The notes below the pieces were generated by a model. It did not search any database, was not told the origin of the DNA, and worked only from the letters and a program-made list of their open reading frames with translations. A DNA stretch of 63,976 nt, the filler included, from Octopus bimaculoides (Eukaryota): the NCBI RefSeq assembly GCF_001194135.2. It is 7 parts of 7 records of this genome, joined end to end, with 100 filler letters (N's around TTAATTAATTAA, not from the genome) between each part and the next. Parts side by side here need not be neighbours in the genome. Positions count along the whole stretch, not along the records: positions 1 to 26,316 come from NC_068993.1; 6 more parts are not named here. The stretch is one strand, 5' to 3'. Positions 11,973-23,269 of the stretch are shown here, in pieces. Both the position numbers and the translations under genes were made by a program. Positions within the stretch are counted from its first letter, which is position 1. Each line of letters starts with the position of its first letter.

Positions 11973-14474
11973 GTTTAGGCAATCATATCAACAAACCCTG
12001 AACGTTTTTCAGTTTGGTAATTATTTTATCAATCTTTATGACCAACTGCTCAGTTACGCGGCACACCGCATACGACATCAGGTTTTAGGCTAGTGCAGAC
12101 ATAACAGACATATACACACAAGCGATGACCTGCTGCAGCGTTTCTGCTCAATTTCCACCCCGAAAGTATTATTGTTTAACACAAGGTCATGCTAGGAAGC
12201 ATTTGTCCAAAGTGTTAGGCAATGAGATCGAAACCAAACCATAAATTTACAAACCGAACTTTTTAACCAGACAGCTATCCATGGCTTTTCTCAAATAGAT
12301 TAGCGAATGCAATGAAGATTGAAACTAGATTCAGAATAGTTTATGAGTCAATCACAAAGAATGATGAAAGTAACAGTAATGATCCGATAAAAAAAATATA
12401 TTATAATGATAATTAAAAACAATATAAACACAAATTTATTAAAAATATTTTATTTTTTTACGTCTTAATTTATTTATGTGGAATATGGCGATGACGTTAC
12501 CGGACTTATGTTCTTCTTAAGGATGGTAACAAACAAAAACAAATACACAATTTAAAAGAAAAAAATATTTAAATGTTGCGACTGATACCCATATAAACTT
12601 TTGGCTATAAAATAGCAATTTATGATAGAGACTCACATATATATACATAAATATAAAACATGGTCGGGTAAATAAATTACACACAGAAAAAAAAAAAAGA
12701 AACAACAACGAAACAAACAGGCCGTGTTCTTCACCGTATCACAGTAAATCAGAAAAACAAAAACTTACTGTGAATCGGACAATATACTCCCACTGCTTCT
12801 TCCTATTCTACTCAGCAATTTACTAAAGATATACTAAACTTCATCATTTTCTCAATTAAATTGCAAACCGGTAGTTGAATAAATAAAATGGTTACAAGGT
12901 CACTGGATTAAACACCCTTTCAAACAAAAATGAACTTTTGCTAACGATGGTCACAGCATCAGGATTCCTTAATTTGTGAACAAGAAAATACACCGTGACA
13001 GAGGGTGAAGTGAAGTTTACGACTAAATGTTTCATTTCGAAGCTGGGGTTAGTGTTGTACCTAACTAATGTCTTAGACTTGACATTATGCCATCACATTT
13101 TTATCATCCTCTAGAAAATCCGAGACCTCCATCACGTTATTTAGATTTTCTTTTTTAAGAGGCCAGTGTGTGTGTGACTTGAGGTAAATTTAACTTATTT
13201 CTATTGACTTGATAGACCCGTGCATTGCATGAACTTAAGCAAAAGGGTACACTGCTCTAGCTACTTTTAGAGAAATTAAACTATTGCTTTAACATTAAAA
13301 AAGACAAGAGCTGGTACAGCAATCGGTGGGTTTCTGAATTTAGCATGTTACTGTGAGAGAAAATATTGATAATCACTCGAGTAGTTCTAAAATGTTTGTA
13401 TACGTAAAAACGGCTTCGTACCAGATGTGTGAACAGTACTTAACGTAGGTCCCAAAATTTATAGAAAGTCAGCAATAGCTGTACTGATATGTGATCAACA
13501 TAAAAGCGAACCAGGGACTTTGAAAGGGAAAAAAAGGTTCGCAGAATTGAAGAGACAACACGTCTTTTCAAAGAAGTGTTGCACTGATAACCAGGAACGC
13601 CTTGGCTCTTCAGGTACCAGGAGAAACAGACCACTGCAAGCCAAGGTTGATTTGGTACATTTTTATTATACTAATGACTCCGTCTTAGTGCCACAGAATA
13701 TCACAAGACTGTCATATCTCTAGCTTAGGAAGTTTTTCAAGGTCTATGTTTGTAGAAGTAACATAGATTAGTGGATTATGGGATGTGTCTGGATTACGTA
13801 TATTTAGAGAAAATGTTATTTACTTTGCAGTACAAAAAACAGCAATGGCAGAGTGTAGTGGTTATTAGGTAAGGACTTGGGTGAGTTGGACACAACCAGG
13901 GTGACTAGAGTATGAGAGACGAATGGGTTGGAAGTGTCTGAGCTGAAGTATTGTAAGACTAGCCTAATCCGAAGAGAGCAGGAGTGGACATAGTTGCAGT
14001 AGAAAACAGTGAGAGAAGGAAGACCACTCGCTCGTAGAACAGAGACTGGAGTGTGTCTGAGTAACATTTACATAAGAATGTGTGTAGCAGATAGTTGTAG
14101 TGAAGGAGCATAGGTGATATAAACCGAAGCTCCAAGTACACCAAATTCGACATATGAGCTGAAGATGCCAGTTAAAGCATAATTCAATGAAATAGCCTTA
14201 GGCTATATACAAATAGCCGGGGGGGGGGGGAATCAGATATTCTTAGTTATCACAACCGTAAAAGAAAAATAATATTTAAAAAAGTGGAAAAAATAAAACA
14301 ACTTTTTAAAGAAATTATCAATGTAATTTCTAAGTTTGTGTCTTGTAATATCAAAGGTATCATATTCTAGTTTCATTCTTAATGGAACCAGAAGCGTATC
14401 GAGTTTGTGTTTCTGGTCACTTGGACATGTATCAAGAGAATTGAATAATCTACATCACGGTACAATTTCAAAAT

Positions 14475-14800
14475 CTATGCAATGACCGATTCATCACAAG
14501 AATTTCGACTTCTTGGAGAATCTTGTGGAGATGGTAAGGAACTAGATAAAAGTAAAGAATCTTTTGGTTCCAATTTCACTGAAACATCACGAGTTGCTTG
14601 CCTTTGGCGTAGTTTTCTGTCTTTGGCACGTCTGTTTTGAAACCATATCTTAATCTGCCTTTGAGATAATCCTAATTCCTGGGCCAGTTCAGCTTTACGG
14701 ACAACATCGATGTAGACGTTATAGTGGAACTCTTTTTCCAATTCAAGTCGCTGATGATCTGTGTATACACTCCGGTATTTGTCCTTCGTCCGTGTTCTGC
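14475..14800 (-). CDS. Cdx: Cdx/caudal ParaHox homeobox gene, terminal coding exon (homeodomain plus Ser/Pro-rich C-terminal tail); upstream exon(s) not identified
   Basis: After acceptor ttgtAG (14802-14801), the phase-1 exon reads (G)[62 protein letters not shown]...ESVIA* (TAG at 14477-14475). TRTKDKYR[17 protein letters not shown] is Cdx-diagnostic, and the intron position and phase match those recalled for vertebrate CDX genes. Confidence 0.94.
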
Positions 14801-14810
14801 CTACAATTAG

Positions 14811-14855
14811 ATAACAACAATAATAATGCTAATAATAATAATAATAATAATAATA

Positions 14856-14887
<32 letters not shown>

Positions 14888-14945
14888 AAAATAATAATAA
14901 TGATGATGATGATGATGATGATGATGAGGATGATGATGATAACTA
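14811..14945. repeat. Compound (AAC)/(AAT)n/(GAT)n microsatellite directly upstream of the Cdx acceptor
   Basis: Starts about 10 bp from the AG acceptor at 14802-14801. Confidence 0.95.
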
Positions 14946-15014
14946 TGATTTCAAATTTTGACACAGGGTCAGTATTTTTTTAGGTGGTGGTGGTGGTGGA
15001 GAGACAATTATATC

Positions 15015-16263
15015 GACCCTGGTACTTGACTGGTACTTATCTTAGTAGACACCGAAAATATGAAAGGCGAAATCGACCTCGGAACATGAAGACGGACAAA
15101 ATGCCACTGAGCATTTCCCCCAGCATGCCAACGATTCTGCCACCTCAGCACCTCAAAAAGAACAACAACAACAAGAGCAACAAGAACAAGAACAAGAACA
15201 AGAACAACAACAACAACAAGAACAAGAACAACAACAACAACAACAACAACAACAACGACAATGATCTTCACTACTAGAGACACAAGTTCGGGACACAAGT
15301 TCGGAAATTTGGGGGTAGGGAGCTAGTCGATTACACTGACCCCAAAGGATGAAAGCTGACCTCGGCGGATTTGAACACAGAACGTGAAGACGGACGAAAT
15401 ACCGCTAAGCTATTTGTCCGGTATGCTATCAAAACGATTCTGCCTGCTCACCGCCTTTCTGCCAGCAGTAGGCTAGCAGAAAAAGAGTATAAGCGCAGGC
15501 ATGACAATGTAGGTAAAAATTGCATTGGGATGTTAGCCGAGTGTGTGGTTTCGAAATAATAGAAAAGTGGTATGAACACGAACGAAAGGCCAATGCCCTG
15601 ATAAAGAATAAGATTTTATAGGATTTTATAGGACTTGCCCATTCAGACTAACCGTACTAATGATGCATGTAATGAGAGTAGATACAATTATTGACAAAAG
15701 CAACATTAAATGTAAGATCATAGACATGAGAAAAACATGTGATGACAGAGGTGATACCAAAGAGATATACTGAACCAAACCAGAGATTTGAAGAGATTGC
15801 AGAAAAATAAGATAATTATTCTTGTGACAAGTGGTGCACTTGACATAACACCCAAAATGCTACCTAAGGGACTGAAGTTTACTGGAATTGAGAGTTGCAT
15901 TGTCGACCAGCAGAAAAGTGCAATACAGCATTCTGCAAGAATCCTAAGAAAGATACTTAAGTTTTGAGAAGACTTACCAATATAGATTGTAATAATTAAC
16001 AACAATAATAATAATCCATTCTGCTATAGACACAAGGCCTGATGGAGGGGGCCAATCGATTACATCGATCCCAGTGCTCAACTGGTACTTATTTCATCAA
16101 CCCCGAAAGGACGAAAGGTAAAGTCGACTTTGGCGGAATTTGAACTCACACAGACGAAATAACGCTAAGCATTTTGTCCGACGTGAAAACGATTCTGCCA
16201 ACCCAGCTCACCGCCTTAGTAATGATAATGATAATAATAATAATAATAATAATGATAATAATG

Positions 16264-16323
<60 letters not shown>

Positions 16324-16900
16324 GTTTCAAAGTTCGGCAATGGCCAGCAATTTTAGGGGAAGTGGGTTAGTCGATCACATCAATCCCTGTACTCGACAGT
16401 TACATTATTTTACCGGTTCCGAAAGGGAAAAAGCAAAGATGACCTTAGCTGGACTTGAACTCAAAACATGATTAAATAAAGATTCTACCATCAACTACCA
16501 CGTAACTTAATACATCAAAGCTTAAATTCAAGATATCTACTGGTTTTGTCATCCACCACCCTAATAATTATTTCACATTTTGGCACAAGACCCGCAATTT
16601 CAAAGAAAGGTGTAAGTCGATTACCCAGTGTTCAACTGGTATTTATTTTATCGACTCCCAAAAGGATGAAAAGCAAAGTCGACCTCGGCGGCGGACTTTG
16701 AATCCAGAACGTGAAGACGGATGAAATGCAGCTAAGCATTTTGCCCAGCGTGCTAACGATCCAGCTGCCATGCTGTCCTCTCCACTACCCTAAGAATGAT
16801 CTTTAGTGGAAAGAGGTATGATCGAGTAAACCTATTCAGAATGACTGCGATTGGATTTGAACTCAGAATGTAAAGATACGTAACTAAATGTAGCACTCTA
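15015..16900 (-). mobile_element. Stack of five or six co-oriented Nin/Deu-type SINEs separated by trinucleotide tails
   Basis: Copies at about 15015-15142, 15275-15455, 16025-16218, 16322-16465, 16578-16775 and a fragment near 16850-16900, all on the minus strand; (AAC/AAG)n at 15160-15260 and (AAT)n at 16220-16320 lie between them. Confidence 0.8.
15477..15967 (+). pseudogene. 3' fragment of an R4/Dong-clade non-LTR retrotransposon (restriction-like endonuclease domain)
   Basis: Frameshifted EKEYKRRHDNVGK...EKWYEHE...DxPIQTNRT...IIDKSNIKCKIIDM...DLKRLQKNKIIILVTSGALDITPKMLPKGLKFTGIESCIVDQQKSAIQHSARILRKILKF*, followed by an AAT tail. Confidence 0.8.
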
Positions 16901-18009
16901 CCACCCTTACTAAAAATAATTTTACAGATGGTGTAGTCGACAGATATATATAATTAACGAGTGTCCTTAGTGTATATTACTGAACTGAAAAATCCTCAGT
17001 GAGCGAAGTTGTACGGAGAAAGAAGAGATGTTGCAACAACAAAAATAACAAAAAATAATTACAAAACAACCACAATACAACTGTCAAATATTTTGCTCTA
17101 TATTGACAGCTAAAGACGAACGCACTAAATGACCCTTCTCCTTAAGTCACATGACCTTGTCTGATATTCAGTGATTTTTCCCTACCACTCGTCATATTAG
17201 CCTTTTCATAATCTTAATAATTCCCTCTTCCCATTCACACACTACGAATGTACTACTACCATAACCCCTCTCATGTGTAGACTGAAGACTCATACAGACG
17301 CAAACAAGTACATACACTCAAGTTGCTAGGATACGGTAACTTCTTGTAATCCAAACGCAGCGCACCTGCTTCCAAAATATGGTGACAGAACGTTAAGTGA
17401 GAGAGTAAGGAAGAAAAATGGACAAAAAACAGTAACAACGAATTGGACTGTAGCAGCAAGAACTACGATAACAGCGCGACAATAGCTATAGCTCTTGCGG
17501 TTTGACAGCAAACATAAAAAAAAGACTTAAGTTGTTCAATGATAACCAGCAATTAAATCCCTTTCTTAAACAGATTATTACTAATATTATTGAGTCAGAC
17601 TGATAACATACAAACGTAAATACACATATACTCATTGACAAGTCACGTATATATAAGACAATACACGTCCACACACACACATAACACAAACACATAGATA
17701 CACGCATCTTACACTTGGCCAAGAATTTTCTAAACTCTATCTGTTTCCCATGTCATTTTGGAGACGTATAGGTCTACACAAGGCCGTTAAGACCAAACTG
17801 AGAAGTAAATGTATCGATAGCAGCCTCCTCTCCAAACAGATGAGCCATTTTCCCGGTTGATATTCTTAATTTCTTGAAATTTTCTTCCCTGTTCAACCTC
17901 TTTCAGAATTGTTAATTATTTTTGTCTGGTGTGCGTGTGTGCAAGCGTGGGGGAAGAGAAGTGTTTAAGTGCACTCCCGCGCGCACACACACACACACAC
18001 GCAGAAGTA

Positions 18010-18165
18010 ACTGTGTGGTATGATGCTTGCTTCTCAACCACATGGTTTCGGGTTTTGTTCCACTGCGTAGCGCCTTGGGCAAGTGTCTTCTACTAAAACC
18101 CCAGTGTGACCAAAGCCTTGTGAGTAGATTTGGTAGACGGAAACTGGAAGAAGCCAGTCGCATAT
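18010..18165 (+). mobile_element. Meta/MESC-type SINE, 5' half
   Basis: ccttgggcaagtgtcttctact...gaccaaagccttgtgagtagatttggtagacggaaactggaagaagcc. Confidence 0.8.
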
Positions 18166-19477
18166 ATAAATGAATATATATGTGTTTGTTTGTGTGTGCG
18201 CGGGCGGGCGCGTGGTACAGTTCATGCGATGAGTCCGTCCTCCAAAGCGTATACGAATTTATTTGTCATATCGAGCTGAGTCAACCAAATGTGTTTAGTT
18301 TCACTTTGTTTCGTTTGTTCATTCATTTGTGTGTGTGTGGTATACACACACACACACACACACACACACCACGCAATCCAGTAGCGACATAACAGCCGAA
18401 TATCCTACCAACGATTTATAGAATATCATGTCTATTCAGGCAGTAGTGTCGCAAATGGCCAGTAGGATAATTAAAAATAATTAATTAATAGTGAGAAAAG
18501 AAGTACTCATACCAAAAACAATCTTGATCTCCTACTTAACGTGGAGGAAGTGTTAGTATTTATTTATTTTGAGAGGATCTGTCATATGAACTCGTGGCAC
18601 ATAAAAGCATTCGTGGTTATACAGTTGGCAAACAAGAATTAGTCTGCCACGACCACCGGAACTACTAGAGCACGTGATTCACCTGTTATGTCGCTGCTGG
18701 ACATCTGTCACCGAGGAGCCCATAGCCGTGGCGAAATTACGTGATCGGGTAGTTACGGTGGCCGTAGCAGAAGGTTCTCTCATGTCAACGATATAATTAC
18801 GAGTGTTTTTTATGCACCATGACTCCATATGAGATGTCCTCAGTAATCTATATCTTAACACAAACTCCACGTTAAGATGGAGATAAAGATTGCCCTTTGA
18901 TACTAACATTGCTTTATCACTGATGCTGGACCCTTTGTCTGTAGAGCAGTGTATCATATCTAATTGTTATTTTCAGCTTTCCATGGCGTTTCATTGTATT
19001 CTAACTCCATTCCTTTCTAGTGCACACTCTTTCATTAACCGCTCATCAATAGTAATTTATCTCACTACTGTGATCACTGAATTTTTTCTCTTCTCGCTAC
19101 CTCTTTTTCCTCCCCCACTTTTTAATACCTGCTCTTTTTCTTCCATCTCCCTTTATCCAAGCCTCAAATTAACGGTAATATGCTAAAATTTACTAAAATA
19201 TTCCAGTTTCTTTATTTATACTAAAGCCACAAACATGTAAGCTCGTGGTAAGATGTTTACTTCCAAACCACATGGTTCAGGGTTCAGCCCCACCCTTTAA
19301 GGCAGTACTCTAGCATGGCCGCAGTCAAATGACTGAAGCAAAAGATAAAAGATGTCAACGTGAGTGGTAGATGTTCAACGGTACTAAAAGATGTTCAACA
19401 GTACTAAAAGCAATTACATACAGAAGTGGACTCGACACTTCAAAAAAATCGCTGACAATGTCAATAACAGAAATCAA

Positions 19478-20125
19478 GGATCTATTTCAAAACGGGGGCA
19501 CCAGTTTTCATTTATGTTTTATGTAGTGTTTTTGGTACCGAAAGACTTTCAAACTTCGTATACTTATCTATTTTGTTATAGAACAGAAAAAAATGTTTGT
19601 ATTCGAATTTATTTCATGTAAAAAATTGTCTTATTTCGATAATTTCTACTAATCACTGACGTCTATTCAGTTGAAAACAGTTAGCGCTGTAACGGTGTAT
19701 ATCGTATTAATCCCCTAACCCTAACTAGACTGTTAACCCTAACCCTAACCCTAANNNNNNNNNNNNNNNNNNNNNNNNNNNNNNNNNNNNNNNNNNNNNN
19801 NNNNNNNNNNNNNNNNNNNNNNNNNNNNNNNNNNNNNNNNNNNNNNNNNNNNNNNNNNNNNNNNNNNNNNNNNNNNNNNNNNNNNNNNNNNNNNNNNNNN
19901 NNNNNNNNNNNNNNNNNNNNNNNNNNNNNGACGTCAGTGATTGGTTGAAATTACAGAAATACGACAACTTTAACATGGAATAACTTGCGATGTACGTTTT
20001 TTTGTTAAGAAGACTAAGAGTAAAAGATATTTTATATGACATATTCTACCAGTGTCCCAAGTTTCAAAGTGTTTCGTTAGTGTTTCGTTAAGAAAATACT
20101 GGTGCCCCCGTTTTGAAATAGATCC
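19478..20125. mobile_element. Non-autonomous DNA transposon (Merlin-like: GG termini, 8-bp TSD) carrying an internal (CCCTAA)n array
   Basis: Perfect 28-bp TIR ggatctatttcaaaacgggggcaccagt; GAAATCAA at 19470-19477 and 20126-20133; CCCTAA repeats at 19713-19754 running into a gap. Confidence 0.8.
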
Positions 20126-20147
20126 GAAATCAATATTAGGCTAACAA

Positions 20148-20310
20148 TAAGGGCGACGAGTTGTTAGAATCGTAAGGACGCCGGACAAAATGCTTACCGG
20201 CATTTCAACCATTTTTACGTTTTGTGTTCAAATTCCGCCGAGGTCGACTTTGCTTTTCATCCTTTCGGGGTCGATAAAATAAGTACCAGCTGAGTACTGG
20301 AATCGATGTA
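20148..20310 (+). mobile_element. Nin/Deu-type SINE (a tail-like piece also at 20721-20765)
   Basis: gttcaaattccgccgaggtcgactttgcttttcatcctttcggggtcgataaaataagtaccag. Confidence 0.8.
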
Positions 20311-20420
20311 TCTCACATTCTACAAGTTTTGTCCTATAATGCATCATTATCCACAGAGTGCAAACACTTCACAACCGTGTGTTAAGTGTTTTGACACTAA
20401 AACACATAACACAACATATA

Positions 20421-20644
20421 CAGGGTGTCCCAAAAGTCACTGATGGGTTTTGATTTTTAATAACTTCCTTAGCTTCACAAATAAATGCATGGAAGTTTGA
20501 TACAATATAAAGGACATAATGGAAATTAATATGCACAAGTCAAATTTTGCAACACAACAACAACACATATGAAAAATATGAAAAAGTAAAGTTAAGGAAG
20601 TTATTAAAGATTGAAACTCATCAGAGACATTTTGGGACACCCTG
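20421..20644. mobile_element. Tc1/mariner-type MITE
   Basis: TIR cagggtgtcccaaaa-gtc-ctgatg...taataacttcctta (about 55 bp, imperfect); TA on both sides (20419-20, 20645-46). Confidence 0.88.
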
Positions 20645-22031
20645 TACAATACACAATCACTATCCAATGAAATAACACAACTCACATACAACATACTCTA
20701 CCAAATTCACAGATAAAACCACCAGAAATTGCTGGTCTTGTGGCAAAATTTGAAACCAACATTATACTAACGCTAATCACAATGCGCTTCCTCGGATTAT
20801 ATTAGATACCGAATGAGTCATTATGGCTGATGGGCACCAGAGATGTGCGAGCCTACCACGCAGCGGTGGCCTTTTACACCACGTTTCTAGGGATCTCAAC
20901 TGCTCCAAGATCCCTTTTACTAATTTGAGAGCGTGAAATATTAAATTTCTCTATGTGACCCGGGAGAGGTGAAGAGGCCCTGTATCTGTTGGAGGAAGCT
21001 TTTTGGGTCCTATTTTTACATCGACAGTAGCACCAATCGAAGATATTGCAATCAAGGAGGTATGCAACATTTTATGACAACACGTACTACAAGTATATTA
21101 CTGTACAACTGCACTAAACGCTTCTTCATACAACTCTTGTGTTAACACATACACACACGAGTGAATGTTCAACAGGAAGTATGATTTTCTTCTTTGGCAA
21201 CTTCATGTGCAGTGAAGAAAACAAACTCCTCTCTATTTGCGTTCATTGATGTGACCAAGACACCGGATTTGCTTAGCAGGCAATAATTTTCCGGGATTCC
21301 CCTAATAGTTTACCAACCAAAACTGAAAACTTGATTGTCTCCGCCTGCACCAAAACGGACGAGACAGTGAAAGGTCAACGGCACCTTCTCCGAACCCTTC
21401 GATATATGCGCACTGTCTCAAATAAAGCTGCGAATTTGTCCCTAGACTCTTTTAAATTATCCAAAGCACACTTTTGACACTGCTGCAGTGAGTTCTACTT
21501 CCCCTTTAGACCCTGTGCCACATTTTTCAAACATAGCTGCCTTAAAGTGAAAACCAAACGTAAATATTCTCTCTCTTGAGAGTCACGCTTTGGATTAGAA
21601 CGCATCAGTTGCTGCCTGCATTCAACAAGAACTTCGGACATTGATGTAACATTTTCCCCCAGCCCAGCAGTGTTTTGGATTTACAAGCATGCAGAAGACG
21701 TTGAACGTTGTCACATGCATGACTTACGTTAGGCTCAACTTATGTATGCACCAAACACGGCTTACTGGATAAATGCAGGGCTGAGTTGGTATCATACACA
21801 CTTCACAGTGTTTATAACTTCAATGAAAGGAAGTTCTTGCAATATCCGCTTTAATAAACCACCAAACTATTGTACACGAAAACAGCAGAACGTGTTCCTG
21901 TAGCTAAAAAAAGATTAGTAATCGGAAGTGACTGAAAAAGAAACATCCTTATTTAAGACACATATATAGGACCATGTGTGTGTGTGTTGTGTGTGTTAGA
22001 GACAGAGATCGAGAGAGATAGACAGAGTGAA

Positions 22032-22068
<37 letters not shown>

Positions 22069-22955
22069 GCGTGCGCGCGCATTTGCCTGCGTGTGTGATT
22101 GTAAAATTTCGATAAATATATAAAGTGAGATATGTCTGAGCGTGTGTATACGTATGGATGAGAGTGTGTGTGTGTGTGTGTGGGTGTGTATGTGTGTGTG
22201 TGGTGACATCTGCTGACACTTTTGATAAATGGGAAACTCTTAAGTCGGGTTTGTGCTAAGCAGATTGTCACTGTGCATAAAGGTATACGCGTATATTCAT
22301 GTATGTATAGATATGTTTACATATTTATGTATGTGTATGGGCGTGTATGAACAGAATTAGAGAACTGGATTTCTTTTCCCCCACTCAACATTACATCACA
22401 TAATTAATAAGATTATTCAACAAACTGACATACATATGAATATATACAGATTAAAAAAAACAAAAGCATTAATCTACATTGGTTTCAAATTTTGGCGCGA
22501 GGCCAGCAATTCCGGGGTAGGGGGCCAGTCAAAAGAAGGAAAGGCAAAGTCGACCCCCGGCAGAATATGAAAACACACACACACAAATATGTAGAAATTG
22601 TAAAACAGATTGGTAGTTTTCTACGACTGTTATTTGCTGTTTTTATGCCTGCCAAATTTCATAATCAACGCTTGTGGTCAACGCTTGTATATATATATAC
22701 GGTACAGCTAAAGTGATATCAAACTGGCGTTTGAGAAGCCAACTTATTCATTATATGATCACAGATTCATAAACTCACAGAGAACTGAAAGCTGTTTATA
22801 CATGTATGTGTGTCCGAACGTGTAGATCTCTACAGATAATTTGAAATATATTCAGAAAAGTACTTGAGGATAAATATTATTATTATTTTTAAATACTCGA
22901 TAAGAAATTATATAGTGTATGAATATGAACACATATTCACAGATATATTTTATCT

Positions 22956-23116
22956 GAGTGGTTGGCGTTAGGAAGGGCATCCAGCTGTAGAAACTCTGCC
23001 AAATTAGATTGGAGCCTGGTGTTGCCATCCGGTTTCACCAGTCCTCAGTCAAATCGTCCAACCCATGCTAGCATGGAAAGCGGACGTTAAACGATGATGA
23101 TGATGATGATGATGAT
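22956..23116 (+). mobile_element. 3' end of an RTE-like LINE or its partner SINE
   Basis: ggcgttaggaagggcatccagctgtagaaac...ccaacccatgctagcatggaaagcggacgttaaacg followed by (ATG)n; family assignment is from recall. Confidence 0.55.
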
Positions 23117-23269
23117 ATATAAATTAATGTTCATTTTCTTCAGTACAGGGGACATAAAAACAAATTTGTATCTCGGTTTGTATGCAAAAAAAAACATATA
23201 TACGCTCATATGCACACAGATATTCATACTCACTTAGTTCCATCTTATCCATCCATCCATCTATCCATC

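Noticed and set aside
13662-13667. AATAAA on the minus strand as the Cdx polyadenylation signal (others near 12435-12453)
   Set aside because: Too common in AT-rich DNA to choose among without 3'-end reads.
16512-16520. Isolated perfect TCF site ACATCAAAG and other single TCF, octamer or Pbx-Hox motifs
   Set aside because: Single short motifs occur at roughly chance frequency in about 58 kb of AT-rich sequence; only tight clusters were kept.
16541-16560. Minus-strand WWMTKP resembling the Cdx hexapeptide context WMKKP
   Set aside because: Sits at a SINE tail/head junction, has no credible phase-1 donor, and similar sequence occurs at neighbouring SINE junctions.
19713-19754. (CCCTAA)n as a chromosome end or fusion scar
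   Set aside because: Enclosed by TIRs and a TSD, so it is transposon cargo.
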